From Meyerozyma guilliermondii (Eukaryota), in contig CP128815.1 in NCBI GenBank assembly GCA_051546255.1, forward strand, positions 1,488,001-1,552,000: a stretch of DNA of 64,000 nt. Direction: 5' to 3'. The number at the start of each line of letters is the position of its first letter. The stretch's first letter is position 1. Positions 20,762 to 30,948 of the stretch are shown here, piece by piece. A program made the position numbers and the translations under genes. The notes beneath the pieces were generated by a model, which did not search any database, was not told the DNA's origin, and saw only the letters and a program-made list of their open reading frames with translations.

Positions 20762-21643
20762 TCACTTTAGCTTATCACGATTGCGTACCTGCTTGCGGAT
20801 GTTGCGGAACATCTTCAACTGTTTAAAGTGTCTTTGGATTAAAAATTCCGTCAACCACAATGGAACATACCTGCTCAAGCAGTGCAACAAGTAGGCGCCA
20901 TGACCGTGGTAAAGATTGAACCCAGGATCACGTCTCGCCGTGATCTTCCGGACCACTTGATCTGCGTACTTGGCTGGAGATATGGACGTTCTGGTGTTCC
21001 GGGACATATTGGTCGCAGCATCGCAACATTCGTACACACCTTCGACATCATACCTCAGTTTGGCAAATGACGATTTCGTATTGGAATCACAGATAGCAGT
21101 ATTCACACCACCGGTAATCACAGAGTGCACACGAACGCCGAATGGCTCCATTTCAGAGTGGAGACACAAAGCATACTGATCAATTGCAGCTTTTGTAGCA
21201 CAGTAAACTGAGCCAAAAGGAAGCATTACCCGGGCAGCAACCGAGGCAGTAAACACAATAGTACCCTTGGTTGCGATAACAAAATCACTCATGGTTTTGG
21301 TCATATTGATATGGCCAATCACATTTACTTGAAAAATCCTGTCAACTTCGTTTTCTGCCATTTCAATGGCAGGTCCACCATAAGAAATTCCAGCATTGTT
21401 GTACAAAATATCGAGTCTGCCACCGGTCTGCTCTTTGACAATCTCGGCAGCTCGATCAAGATCCGCCTTGCTGGTGATATCACAGGTAAATGTATACACA
21501 CCATGGTCTCTTGTCAACTCGTTTAAAGCCCATTCTACCAGTTTGGGTGCACACCCCAAGACCTTGTAACCCTTTTTAGAGAGTGCAACACAAACCTCGT
21601 ATCCAATTCCCAGCGAAGCTCCAGTGATTAATGCGTACTTCAT
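20762..21643 (-). CDS. AYR1: Short-chain dehydrogenase, 1-acyl-DHAP reductase (Ayr1-like), 293 aa
   Basis: ALITGAS(CTG=S)GIG, GRLDILYNNAG, catalytic YCATK, EMEPFGVRV..VITGGV.T. Confidence 0.8.
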   Translation of the reverse strand: MKYALITGASLGIGYEVCVALSKKGYKVLGCAPKLVEWALNELTRDHGVYTFTCDITSKADLDRAAEIVKEQTGGRLDILYNNAGISYGGPAIEMAENEVDRIFQVNVIGHINMTKTMSDFVIATKGTIVFTASVAARVMLPFGSVYCATKAAIDQYALCLHSEMEPFGVRVHSVITGGVNTAICDSNTKSSFAKLRYDVEGVYECCDAATNMSRNTRTSISPAKYADQVVRKITARRDPGFNLYHGHGAYLLHCLSRYVPLWLTEFLIQRHFKQLKMFRNIRKQVRNRDKLK

Positions 21644-21786
21644 GGCTCAACCCAAAACTTGAGATTTGGTCCCAACTTATGGGAACTCTTTCTCATGTGA
21701 ATTTTGCAACCCCACTCGTTCCAGTTGAAGAACATCCAATGCACCCACTGCCCAACCCCACAAAAAAAACCGCCAGGGCCCATCGC

Positions 21787-23649
21787 TCATGGTACTTTGA
21801 TAGTAACGATGAAACGGCCCCCATTATGGCTATATTTCACTCGCGGTTCAGACGACGGAACTGGGTTTCGTATTTGTGTTTTCATCCCGTAGACTTCATT
21901 ATAGGTGTAGATATCCGGTACTCCGAGATCGACTGCTCCGGGCAAGATACTCAGAGGTGCTGGGGTGCGGAAAGTTTTTGGCATATCCGAAAGATCTGGG
22001 AGAGATGGTCCACCTCTGGCGGTCGTCAAGGCTCCTCTCCTCGAAGATCCACGTCCTGTTCCGCTTTCTTCGGTTAAATTGTGACGTCTTTTCCGTCTAG
22101 CTTCACGTTCGATCTCCTTATCGAGCCTCTCTATCTCTAATTGCGTAAGCTTGAGCAATGCCGGCGAGTAATCAGCCACAGCGTTGGGATTACGCAAGAT
22201 CAGATAGAAGTCCTCGCCGTTTGAGTCTATCTTTAGCGAAGGTAACTGATGCCCTCTAATCTCGTCTTCGTTAATTGGAGAACCATCAAAACTGTAGCCA
22301 ACAAAGAGAAGTGCACGATGAAACAACTGAGCTTGCTCTCTGATACTATGGCTGATGCAGGTGCCAAATTCGCCTGGAAGCTCCATTTCCTCGCACATCG
22401 TGCGTGCAAAGTCTTCAGGATCATTGTCGTTATAGTTAAGAATATCCCATTCAAATTGGTCTATCAATTGGGTGTTGTTGATGGTGATATCTATCCTGAT
22501 AGGCACACGAAGCTCACCGACCATTTCGTCGGGTACACGTCGAAAATCGGTGATTTGTTCCTTTGCAGACGCAAGTATAGCGGAGTAATGGGTCTGAGGA
22601 ATAAATCGATAATCCTCCAAAAGTTGTTGTATAAATGATTCCAACCGTACAATTGGTTCGTCCATATCCCATAAGAAAGTGTCTCTCAATTTGAATTTGT
22701 CTCTCTCGCTCTCAAATTCAAGCCTAATAGGCACCAACGACTGTCGTGGATTCTGTGCCAATTTGCGAGCTACAAGCTCATTTACTTGACGATCAGTATA
22801 CGCCACCTCGAGGCTCGACGGGTACTTCCTGTTCTGTTGAGGATACACCAATTTGGTGCTGCTGTTAGTCATTCCATTTCCGTAACCCTGATACCCTTCG
22901 CCCCAGATACTGTTGTTTAGTTGGTTTTTCGCAGAAAGAGCGATCGAATTCATGCGGAGCTGTTTGATTTCATTGTATGATTTGATATCTCGAAGGAGAG
23001 TTTCAATCTCTTCTTTGGAACTTTCTCGTTGGACAGCAAACCGCTTCAAGTATTCTGCATCTTTTGTGATCAAATGTTCGTACAACTTCAAGTCGTACGG
23101 CACCTCTTTGCCCTCCTCTTTCAACTTTTCTGACCATTTGTGCAATGACTCGAGTTGTGGAAAAGAAACCTTCTTCAACACCTCGGAGGGTATCTTATAA
23201 CCTGGAGCAACGATGCTATATTGCATAGGAAGAGCACTCATCGTGACTTGTCCCGGAGCCCCCTGACTCGCTTGTCGCCTTTGATGGAGAGTATTACGAG
23301 CATTAATGTTAGAGAAGCTTGGACCACCCATTCCAGCTGGTCCAACTGGTTGGCCAAGAGCCGTGTTTTGACCCATATTGAAATTTTGTGGAGGTATCTG
23401 ACCTGCTTGACGGGCTCCACCTAACACTTGTTGTGGTATTTGCTGGGCTTGTTGAGCCTGGTGGGGCGGTGGCACCTGTTGACGTTGTACCTGCTGTTGT
23501 CGCTGGAGATAATTTCTCATCATTGACTGAAAATGTGGTTGATTTTTCAACTGTTCTAATTGCGCTGGAGTGAGATTAGCAAACTGTGGCGGAAGCATCA
23601 GCATCATTCGCTGCTGTCCCTCGGTTCTCGGAGGGCCCTGGTAACTCAT
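21787..23649 (-). CDS. SNF5: SWI/SNF subunit Snf5, 620 aa
   Basis: Q-rich N-terminus; repeats VPIRLEFESERDKFKLRDTFLWD and VPIRIDITINNTQLIDQFEWDI...PEDFA; coiled coil EIERLDKEIEREARRKRR. Confidence 0.93.
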   Translation of the reverse strand: MSYQGPPRTEGQQRMMLMLPPQFANLTPAQLEQLKNQPHFQSMMRNYLQRQQQVQRQQVPPPHQAQQAQQIPQQVLGGARQAGQIPPQNFNMGQNTALGQPVGPAGMGGPSFSNINARNTLHQRRQASQGAPGQVTMSALPMQYSIVAPGYKIPSEVLKKVSFPQLESLHKWSEKLKEEGKEVPYDLKLYEHLITKDAEYLKRFAVQRESSKEEIETLLRDIKSYNEIKQLRMNSIALSAKNQLNNSIWGEGYQGYGNGMTNSSTKLVYPQQNRKYPSSLEVAYTDRQVNELVARKLAQNPRQSLVPIRLEFESERDKFKLRDTFLWDMDEPIVRLESFIQQLLEDYRFIPQTHYSAILASAKEQITDFRRVPDEMVGELRVPIRIDITINNTQLIDQFEWDILNYNDNDPEDFARTMCEEMELPGEFGTCISHSIREQAQLFHRALLFVGYSFDGSPINEDEIRGHQLPSLKIDSNGEDFYLILRNPNAVADYSPALLKLTQLEIERLDKEIEREARRKRRHNLTEESGTGRGSSRRGALTTARGGPSLPDLSDMPKTFRTPAPLSILPGAVDLGVPDIYTYNEVYGMKTQIRNPVPSSEPRVKYSHNGGRFIVTIKVP

Positions 23650-23742
23650 GGCCTGGTGGTTAAGTTTGGATTAGTTTCAGCCTTCTCAATTATTGATATT
23701 TGACACATCGGTGCACCCGTAACTACAGAGTTGTGTATTCAA

Positions 23743-26700
23743 TTACTTCATAAAATCAAAGATAGACCCCATGTTCACGTACCGTCGTCCACATTCAGCC
23801 AAGTACCGGTCAACTATTCCTTGAAAGTGAACAAAATGTTCACGATTTTGCTCCGCTAATGCCTCAATTTGTCCTGACGCAAGCTTGGCTGGCTCACTTC
23901 CTTTATCAAAAGCATCGAAAACCGGCTTAAGTTCAGTTTTCCGAGCCTTGTCGACGTCGAAAATAGAACTAAAGTATAGCAATTGGTTGTACAACGCTCG
24001 GTCACTGTACTTGTATCTCATGACTCCTTTGCACCCAGTGGCTGTTCCAGATGCACCGATACAGCGCTTACCGTAAACCGAGATTTGTCTCGTGGTGATT
24101 CCACATGCTCCATCGTCACATACCAACCATCCGGCGTAGTAAAGCGAAACATGCCTTCTTATCATGTTTTCCAATTGTGCTGCAATGCGGAAAGTTGGAA
24201 ATGTGTAATGACACTTGTTGCAGCATATTCCGTTAAATGTGACTTTGTAGTCATTGGACGCAACAATACCACCAAATCTGAAGTTGACACCACACTTACA
24301 CTTCAACACCAAATAGCTACATTGTCTGAAGCGCTCAACATCGCTGATGTTTGACTCCAATGGAACAATTTCACCGGCGTGCGTATCGCTGTTTCTCACG
24401 CGAAGAACATACTTCTTGGTGTCAATATCCAAAGATGAGGCGACCCTCATCATATCAATTCCCTCGATCCTTTCCAAAAGTCTCTCTACTGGTGCAAATA
24501 TTTGCTTTTCCAAGTAGTAATTAGGGTCTGGACGATAAATGGAATCCTTCTTCAACACATCTTGTATTGGTCTCGCTCTGTCGGCTGGTGAGGATTTTTC
24601 GTCCTCTGTTTGTGGAGCAGTTATAACAAATGTGATGACAGTGCCTGCTTTGATAACCTTGCCACTTTCTCTTAAGAGCATTGCAACTCTCACCGGTGGC
24701 ATGGTCTTTCCATTAGGATAGTTGTTGGGATCTTTCGATAATCTCGTGTTGATCTGGAATTTGTTGACTGGAATTTCACCACTTTTGATCTTGGCGGACA
24801 TCTTCTCCAAATAATCGTAAACGTCCATCAAAGCTTGTTCAGGATCTGAATCTGCTAAAATCTTTTCCAAGATAAAGGTGGATATTTCCTTCGAAAGCTG
24901 ACAGTATTCTCTTCTTCTCATATCCAACCCTTTCACCTCCAATACAACTTTCTCTTCTCCCGTCTTGCGGTCAATAGAAGCATTCATGGCGGCGTATTTC
25001 TTCTTTGCATGGAGCAAAAGTCTTTTGAACACATTATCAATATCAATTTCCAAAAGCTTATATCGCTCATTGACATGCAACTTGAACTGTTCTCCAATCT
25101 TGATGGCTTCCTTAAAATCCGTGACACCCGTGTCGATCATAACAGAGTCAGTATCACCGTACACAACTCTCAATCCTATTGATTCTGCAAGTTGTCTCGT
25201 ATCCATCAAAATCTCACGACCTTTGTTGGTGACCAACATGGCCAATGGTTTGGCGTAGAATCTCGAGTTAACATAACCCAAGCAACCGTACATAGAGTTG
25301 GCAGTCAACTTCAATGCTTGCTGCTTGATATCATACTGGGCTCGCTCGACCAAACTATTCTTTGGGTCTTTAAGTAACTTTTTGACTTCACGACGACGAG
25401 AAACCAAAGTGTTCAAAAGTCTTGGAAGTACACCCTGAACTGATTCTCGATCTGGAAGTACAGGCATGTCTTTTTCCTCATCATGACTGACGTTAAAATC
25501 GTCTCGGTCGACGGTTGTGAAGCAGATATTATACTCTTGAATGATACTTGGATACAATGAGTTGAAATCCATAACCAAGATGTAATTTTTGTGCAATCCT
25601 TTCTCCGGTTCGAAAACCAATCCACCTTGATACTTTGGTTTCTTGTTTGATGTGACTGTAGTGGAATCGTCTTCGTTGTTTTCCACCTTTGCTTCTTGTT
25701 GATAGCTGCTGTTCTTATGGAACTTATCCTCCTTATCAGGAACAATGTACTTGTTCCTATGAAATTCGTGTAGCAAAATGAACTCGTTACGACCAGCACG
25801 AGTTCCACTCAAGGTATGAGACCATGCATTACCAGCAATATTGGTCAACTGCTTGGACAAAGAAAGAATTTGTATGGCAAATGCAATCTCTGCGGTGTAT
25901 TTAACATTTGAAGCGTTTTCTTTGAGAGCCATTAATAAGAATGATGCGTCTTCAGCATATCTTGGGTTCGTGAAGTTGATTTCGAGAGCTGTATGTTTCT
26001 TATGACACACAACATCCAACATTTCACTCAAGTCCCAAGACTGACATTTGGTAGTCAATGATTGACCCATTTCGTTGGCAATGTCACAAAGCAATCGACC
26101 CTGAAATATTTCCCTTATATGAAGATTGTTGCTGAATCCACTGGACTTACCGAACTTATCTGGCCACACCTTTCTATTTCTGCGACCAAAGGTCGACCAA
26201 GTAGTGACTTTCAAATCATACATTCTGTGGACAAGAACGTCTAAGGAAATGTTCTCGAGACGATGTCCAATGTAGACATCTGGATCCAAATTCTTGACGA
26301 TAGCTGATAAGCAATTGAGCAACGTCTTCTCATTTGGAAGAATTCTAAGGTTAAGACCTTGAGCTTTTGCTAATTTTTCGAGACCGGCAGGCACATTGAC
26401 AGAACCAACAGGACGCACCAAAGTGACCATATCGTCCGGTTGCTTTTTATCATCAATAGGGGCATCTTGTGGCAAGTCACGATACGTTGCAATAGAAACT
26501 GATACAACTTCCTGTTTGTTTTCCTTGACATTCATTGTAGTTTGAACTGAGATTGCCGAGACAGTCAAATTAGGTGGGGCCAAGTTGCCTGAAATTGGAG
26601 TCACAGCTTTTGGCGCATCCACAGCAACTTCGACTTGACAATGGGAAGTATTTTGGATTGCTTCAAAGTTCCCGCCTTTAATATCCAACCAACAAGGACC

Positions 26701-28059
26701 CATTATGTTTTGTTGCAAAACAAAACTTTCAAAAATGCTAGCATTTGTACCAAATACATGGCGAAATGTTTCCCCTTCAAGATCTGACGGTAAGACCAAG
26801 TTACGGCTCTTTGGGGTCTTAAATGGGAGAAGAATTTTTAGATAGTCAGTATCACGAGGAATTCCGGAAAGTTCAAAAGCATATTTCATTTTTTCTTTTT
26901 TAGCTCTGATCATTTCCAAGCCAAATTTACTCAACAAATGAGGTGCAATTTCATGGTATACGTCATCTGTAGTGACGGGCTGTTCTGTATCTTCCATTCC
27001 ATCAACTTTGCGAAATTCTCGTGGTAAGAAGTAAAGTTCTCTACTGATACCATTCACCTGAACCACACCCGAAACCAATTTTCCTTCTTTAGTCAAGACT
27101 TTACCGAATAGAAGTAAGCTGCTGTCAACTTCACAGTAATCGAGCCAAAACATCTTGAAGCCATCATCTGTAGTATCCAGAGCCAGTCCTACAATATCCG
27201 ATTGACTCACCTTTTCTGTGAAAGTAACGGGTTGCGATCTTACAGGCGAAGATGACGGAAGTTCTGAGGTTCTGACTGCCGTGAGAGTAGACATCGTGGT
27301 GCGAGAGACAGCCGACTTTGGACGCCGTGCAACGACCACTTCGTCCTCAGAGTCAGATTCAGGCTGAGATTTCGGCTCTTCTTTCAAGTTTGCCTCTTTC
27401 GCATCCCCATCGTCACTAATGTCTATTACTTCATTTTCAGCCTTCAGCTTAATCGGAGACGAGGGTTGGTCAGGTGTCTCAGGTGACATGTCATCGTATA
27501 TCTGAACATCGCTGCTGGGGTTTTTCTTTTCCAGTTTCATAGAAGTGGCAAAACGATAACTTGGCTTTGCCTTTTGTTGTGGTTTAGAAGATGTTTTTCC
27601 AAACGTGGAAAACTTAAACTTTTTGGTAGCAGGACCTTCGAAATCGTCCAAGATGTCATCTATTTTTGCGTCGGATTTGACAGCTGGGGCAGGGTTCAGG
27701 TCAGGAAATGCAGATGATTTGAAAAATGTGTTGATTTTGGCAGTTTTGGCGATTTTGACTGGCTTTTCTTTTCGCTTTCTTGGCTCGTCTACGAGCTCTT
27801 CCTCGTCAGAGTAATACTTGGGACGCGTGTTTTCGTCCCATTCGTCTTCTCCATTGTCGACATACCCTTCTCCGTCATCATCAACGATAAAATCGTCGTT
27901 CATCAACTGGTCTCTCTTGTGTTCACGATAAGTATTTTCGTCCACTTCATCATAAATATTCGATTCTTCCACATCTGAATCATCTAGCAAGCTGCTCTTG
28001 CCTTTCCTGGCTTCCCGGAGGGCCCGTAGCTTATCTTTTCTGGCGGCCCTAGTCAGCAT
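23743..28059 (-). CDS. POL1: DNA polymerase alpha catalytic subunit, 1438 aa
   Basis: DDFIVDDDGEGY N-motif, DFNSLYPSII, KLTANSMYGCLG, YGDTDS, C-terminal Cys clusters; Ctf4-box-like IDDILDDF. Confidence 0.98.
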   Translation of the reverse strand: MLTRAARKDKLRALREARKGKSSLLDDSDVEESNIYDEVDENTYREHKRDQLMNDDFIVDDDGEGYVDNGEDEWDENTRPKYYSDEEELVDEPRKRKEKPVKIAKTAKINTFFKSSAFPDLNPAPAVKSDAKIDDILDDFEGPATKKFKFSTFGKTSSKPQQKAKPSYRFATSMKLEKKNPSSDVQIYDDMSPETPDQPSSPIKLKAENEVIDISDDGDAKEANLKEEPKSQPESDSEDEVVVARRPKSAVSRTTMSTLTAVRTSELPSSSPVRSQPVTFTEKVSQSDIVGLALDTTDDGFKMFWLDYCEVDSSLLLFGKVLTKEGKLVSGVVQVNGISRELYFLPREFRKVDGMEDTEQPVTTDDVYHEIAPHLLSKFGLEMIRAKKEKMKYAFELSGIPRDTDYLKILLPFKTPKSRNLVLPSDLEGETFRHVFGTNASIFESFVLQQNIMGPCWLDIKGGNFEAIQNTSHCQVEVAVDAPKAVTPISGNLAPPNLTVSAISVQTTMNVKENKQEVVSVSIATYRDLPQDAPIDDKKQPDDMVTLVRPVGSVNVPAGLEKLAKAQGLNLRILPNEKTLLNCLSAIVKNLDPDVYIGHRLENISLDVLVHRMYDLKVTTWSTFGRRNRKVWPDKFGKSSGFSNNLHIREIFQGRLLCDIANEMGQSLTTKCQSWDLSEMLDVVCHKKHTALEINFTNPRYAEDASFLLMALKENASNVKYTAEIAFAIQILSLSKQLTNIAGNAWSHTLSGTRAGRNEFILLHEFHRNKYIVPDKEDKFHKNSSYQQEAKVENNEDDSTTVTSNKKPKYQGGLVFEPEKGLHKNYILVMDFNSLYPSIIQEYNICFTTVDRDDFNVSHDEEKDMPVLPDRESVQGVLPRLLNTLVSRRREVKKLLKDPKNSLVERAQYDIKQQALKLTANSMYGCLGYVNSRFYAKPLAMLVTNKGREILMDTRQLAESIGLRVVYGDTDSVMIDTGVTDFKEAIKIGEQFKLHVNERYKLLEIDIDNVFKRLLLHAKKKYAAMNASIDRKTGEEKVVLEVKGLDMRRREYCQLSKEISTFILEKILADSDPEQALMDVYDYLEKMSAKIKSGEIPVNKFQINTRLSKDPNNYPNGKTMPPVRVAMLLRESGKVIKAGTVITFVITAPQTEDEKSSPADRARPIQDVLKKDSIYRPDPNYYLEKQIFAPVERLLERIEGIDMMRVASSLDIDTKKYVLRVRNSDTHAGEIVPLESNISDVERFRQCSYLVLKCKCGVNFRFGGIVASNDYKVTFNGICCNKCHYTFPTFRIAAQLENMIRRHVSLYYAGWLVCDDGACGITTRQISVYGKRCIGASGTATGCKGVMRYKYSDRALYNQLLYFSSIFDVDKARKTELKPVFDAFDKGSEPAKLASGQIEALAEQNREHFVHFQGIVDRYLAECGRRYVNMGSIFDFMK

Positions 28060-28088
28060 AAAAATGAGATGTGATGGTAAGGAAGAAG

Positions 28089-28106
28089 GCGCGTCGCGTC
28101 GCGTAA
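28089..28106. promoter_or_regulatory. MCB-like ACGCG triplet upstream of POL1
   Basis: Minus strand reads TTACGCGACGCGACGCGC, 30-47 bp upstream of the POL1 ATG. MBF/MCB control of POL1 is established in yeasts. Confidence 0.7.
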
Positions 28107-28257
28107 ATGGAGTAGGTGAAGAAAAATGCGAGTGGAAAATGGCTGCGAAAACTAATGCGAAGAAAGGCTGCGAATGGCTGCGAATGATGCAAATTTCTGC
28201 AAAGTATCTCTACAAGATCTGAAAGCCACTGCTTGTCTTAGACTAAATATAGATAAC

Positions 28258-29073
28258 CTATGCCTGTTCCCAAAGCGATGGGGGAATAATTCCCTTGGCA
28301 ATCCTATCAGCAATGATAGCCTCAAATCGCTTCAAGATTGAAGGGTCACCAAGTATTTCACGAATAAGGTTCCAGATCAAGTTGGACTCTATGAGTGCCA
28401 GCACCACCTGAGGCAACGTAATTGCGTGAGACTGGATAATCTTGGACAAGAAGGTGGCAGCAGGAACCGTCAAATTGGGGTCGGTGAGAAGGTGCTGGAT
28501 AACAGATACAGCCAAACCAGAATCCTTCAACGCAGCAAAAATCTCATTCAAAGCCTCCGATTCCCTCTTGGAAACATCACGAGTGACATCCACTTCATCC
28601 AAATCCTCAACATCAGCTCTCTTGGTAGCTTTGATGAGTCCTTGTTGCCTCAACAACTCCTTCGTGATTTTAAGCACGCCAGGAAGAATTGCTGGATCCT
28701 GCAATGAAAGCTCCAAAACCTGAATAATCAAGCCAGACTTTTGCAACGCGATAAAAACATCGGCCAAGTTGATAAATCCCGACCGAAGGACAAAAATAGT
28801 GGCGTCGGCAGAAATGTTCAAGAGTTCTGGGTTGAGAAGCGCAAAGTCAATCACAGAATTGGCCAAGCCAGAATCAGCAAGAGCCTTCAAAATTTCGTCC
28901 ACAATAGGAAGATTGGATCTCTCAACCAAGGACAGCTCAAACAGTGCTCCAGTAACGGAACGACTGTTCTCCCGGCGAAGTACCATCAACAATTCATCAT
29001 AGTTCTGAGCGTCTGCCTGGTCTGCGGCATTCGCACAGGCCAACAAGAGAAGCGATACAAGCGAGAGTCTCAT
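28258..29073 (-). CDS. Secreted helical repeat protein with dibasic (Kex2-type) sites, Op4/Ops4-like, 271 aa
   Basis: Signal peptide MRLSLVSLLLLACANA; two ~95-aa repeats (EILKALADSGLANSVI / EIFAALKDSGLAVSVI) separated by TKR-acidic spacer-SKR; no GPI tail. Confidence 0.75.
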   Translation of the reverse strand: MRLSLVSLLLLACANAADQADAQNYDELLMVLRRENSRSVTGALFELSLVERSNLPIVDEILKALADSGLANSVIDFALLNPELLNISADATIFVLRSGFINLADVFIALQKSGLIIQVLELSLQDPAILPGVLKITKELLRQQGLIKATKRADVEDLDEVDVTRDVSKRESEALNEIFAALKDSGLAVSVIQHLLTDPNLTVPAATFLSKIIQSHAITLPQVVLALIESNLIWNLIREILGDPSILKRFEAIIADRIAKGIIPPSLWEQA

Positions 29074-29425
29074 TAGTGGTTTGTGCTCAATGGGTACCTA
29101 TTTATAATCGGTACCCAGAACCATTGATCTTACAAGTGGAGGCTTCTAGTACAAAATCGGCAAGAACAAGAAAAATGGACCCAGTTAGGAAACTACTGTG
29201 GTGCGAAGGATAGTACAAACTTGATTGGGATTGTGACATAAAGACGCTGGCTCGCTCAATGCTATGCAAGCCTGGGCACCCTGCAGTGACCGTCTTCTTT
29301 CCTTGAACTCTGGTGATACACTCAAATACTTGGTCTGTCTCTTCTCCATCTTTGGCACCTAGCAGCCGCACCCGCCGCACCAGCCATGTTGTAATTTCGC
29401 GCTAATCGAGCCTAAACCGTCATTC

Positions 29426-30271
29426 ATGTCATTTGCAAATTTCGACATAGAGGCCCAGCGACTGGTTTCGAAGGGCCGCAAGTCAGTGGAGCCCGAGCAG
29501 ACAGCGCTCCAGAATGACCTTGACTCAATTATCTCCAAAACCTCTGATCAGGTGCAAACTTTTGCCAGTTTGGTGCAACAACACGACAAGCAACGAAGAC
29601 AATTGGGAACAAAAAGAGACTGTATCCAGCTTAGAAACAACGTCAATGTCCTCGAAGTGCGTATAGAGGATATGGAGGGTGCCATCAAGCAATTAGTGAA
29701 CAATTTGGTGCAACTCATCAACAAGAATCAGAAACTGTCAAAGGAGAATAGCATCGAAATCACCAGCAAACAGATTTTAATCAAAGAAAGGTTGACTAAA
29801 GAGTTCAGCGAGCTCCAGAGTCTGTTCCACACGGCCCGGCGCCAAGCGGAAGATAAGATGAAGCAAACACCGATTCAGGCTCATGTAGACGAACAAACAC
29901 CTCTCCTTGACAATTCAGAACAACAACAGCAACAGCAAACCCAGGTCGATCCAGACTTGGTGGAACAAACAGAGCTTCAATACCACATGCTTCTCACAGA
30001 AGAACGGAACCGCGAGTTGAACCAAGTGAGCCAAGGCATCCAAGAGGTCAATTCCATATTCAAAGATTTGAGCGAACTCGTACAGCAACAAGGCGAACAG
30101 CTCGACACAGTTGAAGACAATATTCTCCAGCTCCACAGCAATACTCAGGGAGCAGACAGGGAGCTCCAAAAAGCCCATGAGTACCAGAGGCGAAGAAGCA
30201 AGTGGAGCTGTATATTCTTAGTGGCATTGTGTGTATTTGTGTTGATTGTGGTATTGGCGGTATTGAGCTAG
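29426..30271 (+). CDS. VAM3: Vacuolar/endosomal Qa-SNARE syntaxin (Vam3/Pep12 family), 281 aa
   Basis: Habc region (RRQLGTKRD), SNARE motif EERNRELNQV...IFKDLSELVQQQGEQLDTVEDNI, C-terminal TM anchor. Vam3 versus Pep12 not formally resolved. Confidence 0.8.
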   Translation: MSFANFDIEAQRLVSKGRKSVEPEQTALQNDLDSIISKTSDQVQTFASLVQQHDKQRRQLGTKRDCIQLRNNVNVLEVRIEDMEGAIKQLVNNLVQLINKNQKLSKENSIEITSKQILIKERLTKEFSELQSLFHTARRQAEDKMKQTPIQAHVDEQTPLLDNSEQQQQQQTQVDPDLVEQTELQYHMLLTEERNRELNQVSQGIQEVNSIFKDLSELVQQQGEQLDTVEDNILQLHSNTQGADRELQKAHEYQRRRSKWSCIFLVALCVFVLIVVLAVLS

Positions 30272-30275
30272 TTAC

Positions 30276-30663
30276 CTAATCCAAGCTTACAGTGTCTGCT
30301 ACAAATTCATCTTCTGAAACGTCAGAGATGTCAGGAGTCGTTGCTTCATCGGTATCATAGGAACTGAAACCCGTGGTACGAGCCCCAGACTTTTGGTCAT
30401 AAACTTCATGAAATCGACCATCGGGATAGTCAGTTGCGAATGCGCTGTTCATGTGCTTTGTTTCCTCGAGTTTTTCTCGACAGAAATCAGCACCTTTTTG
30501 CAATATGAGCTCGGCTGTTTCGAGGATTTTTTCTCTATTGCGAATAGCAGCAATGGCGGCTCCAGATGCTGCACCGACAGCTATAGCGACCTTGACTGAT
30601 ATGGGAACTGCGTTAGTTCATTCAGAATGACAAAAAATGTTGCCACTTACCTATCAACGGCAT
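30276..30663 (-). CDS. Small spliced gene of unknown function, 114 aa, N-terminal hydrophobic anchor and acidic tail
   Basis: Exon 1 30663-30651 (ATGCCGTTGATAG); 43-nt intron 30650-30608 (GTAAGT...AACTAAC-G-CAG); exon 2 30607-30276 is open and in frame with track ORF 30276-30503. Protein MPLIVPISVKVAIAVGAASGAAIAAIRNREKILETAELILQKGADF...DTVSLD. Confidence 0.75.
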
Positions 30664-30948
30664 TGCTGTTCCTTGTGATAAGAGTTGTGGGGTGCGAAAA
30701 TAGGTGATGGACTGCATGCATCGTTATGGCAACTGCCAGTCAAAACTTTAACGTAAACACAAAAACTACAAGAACTTATCCGGCCACGAACTATGGGCAC
30801 TCTAGCCGCCAGGCCCTGTATAGCATAGACTGTATTTACGACAGAACGTATATGACCCCTATTATCTCACTTAGGAGTGCGGCTGTGATTCACCATCCGG
30901 TTCGTGCGGCGCCAATGTATTCATCATCAACTTGATTTCTTTCAACTA

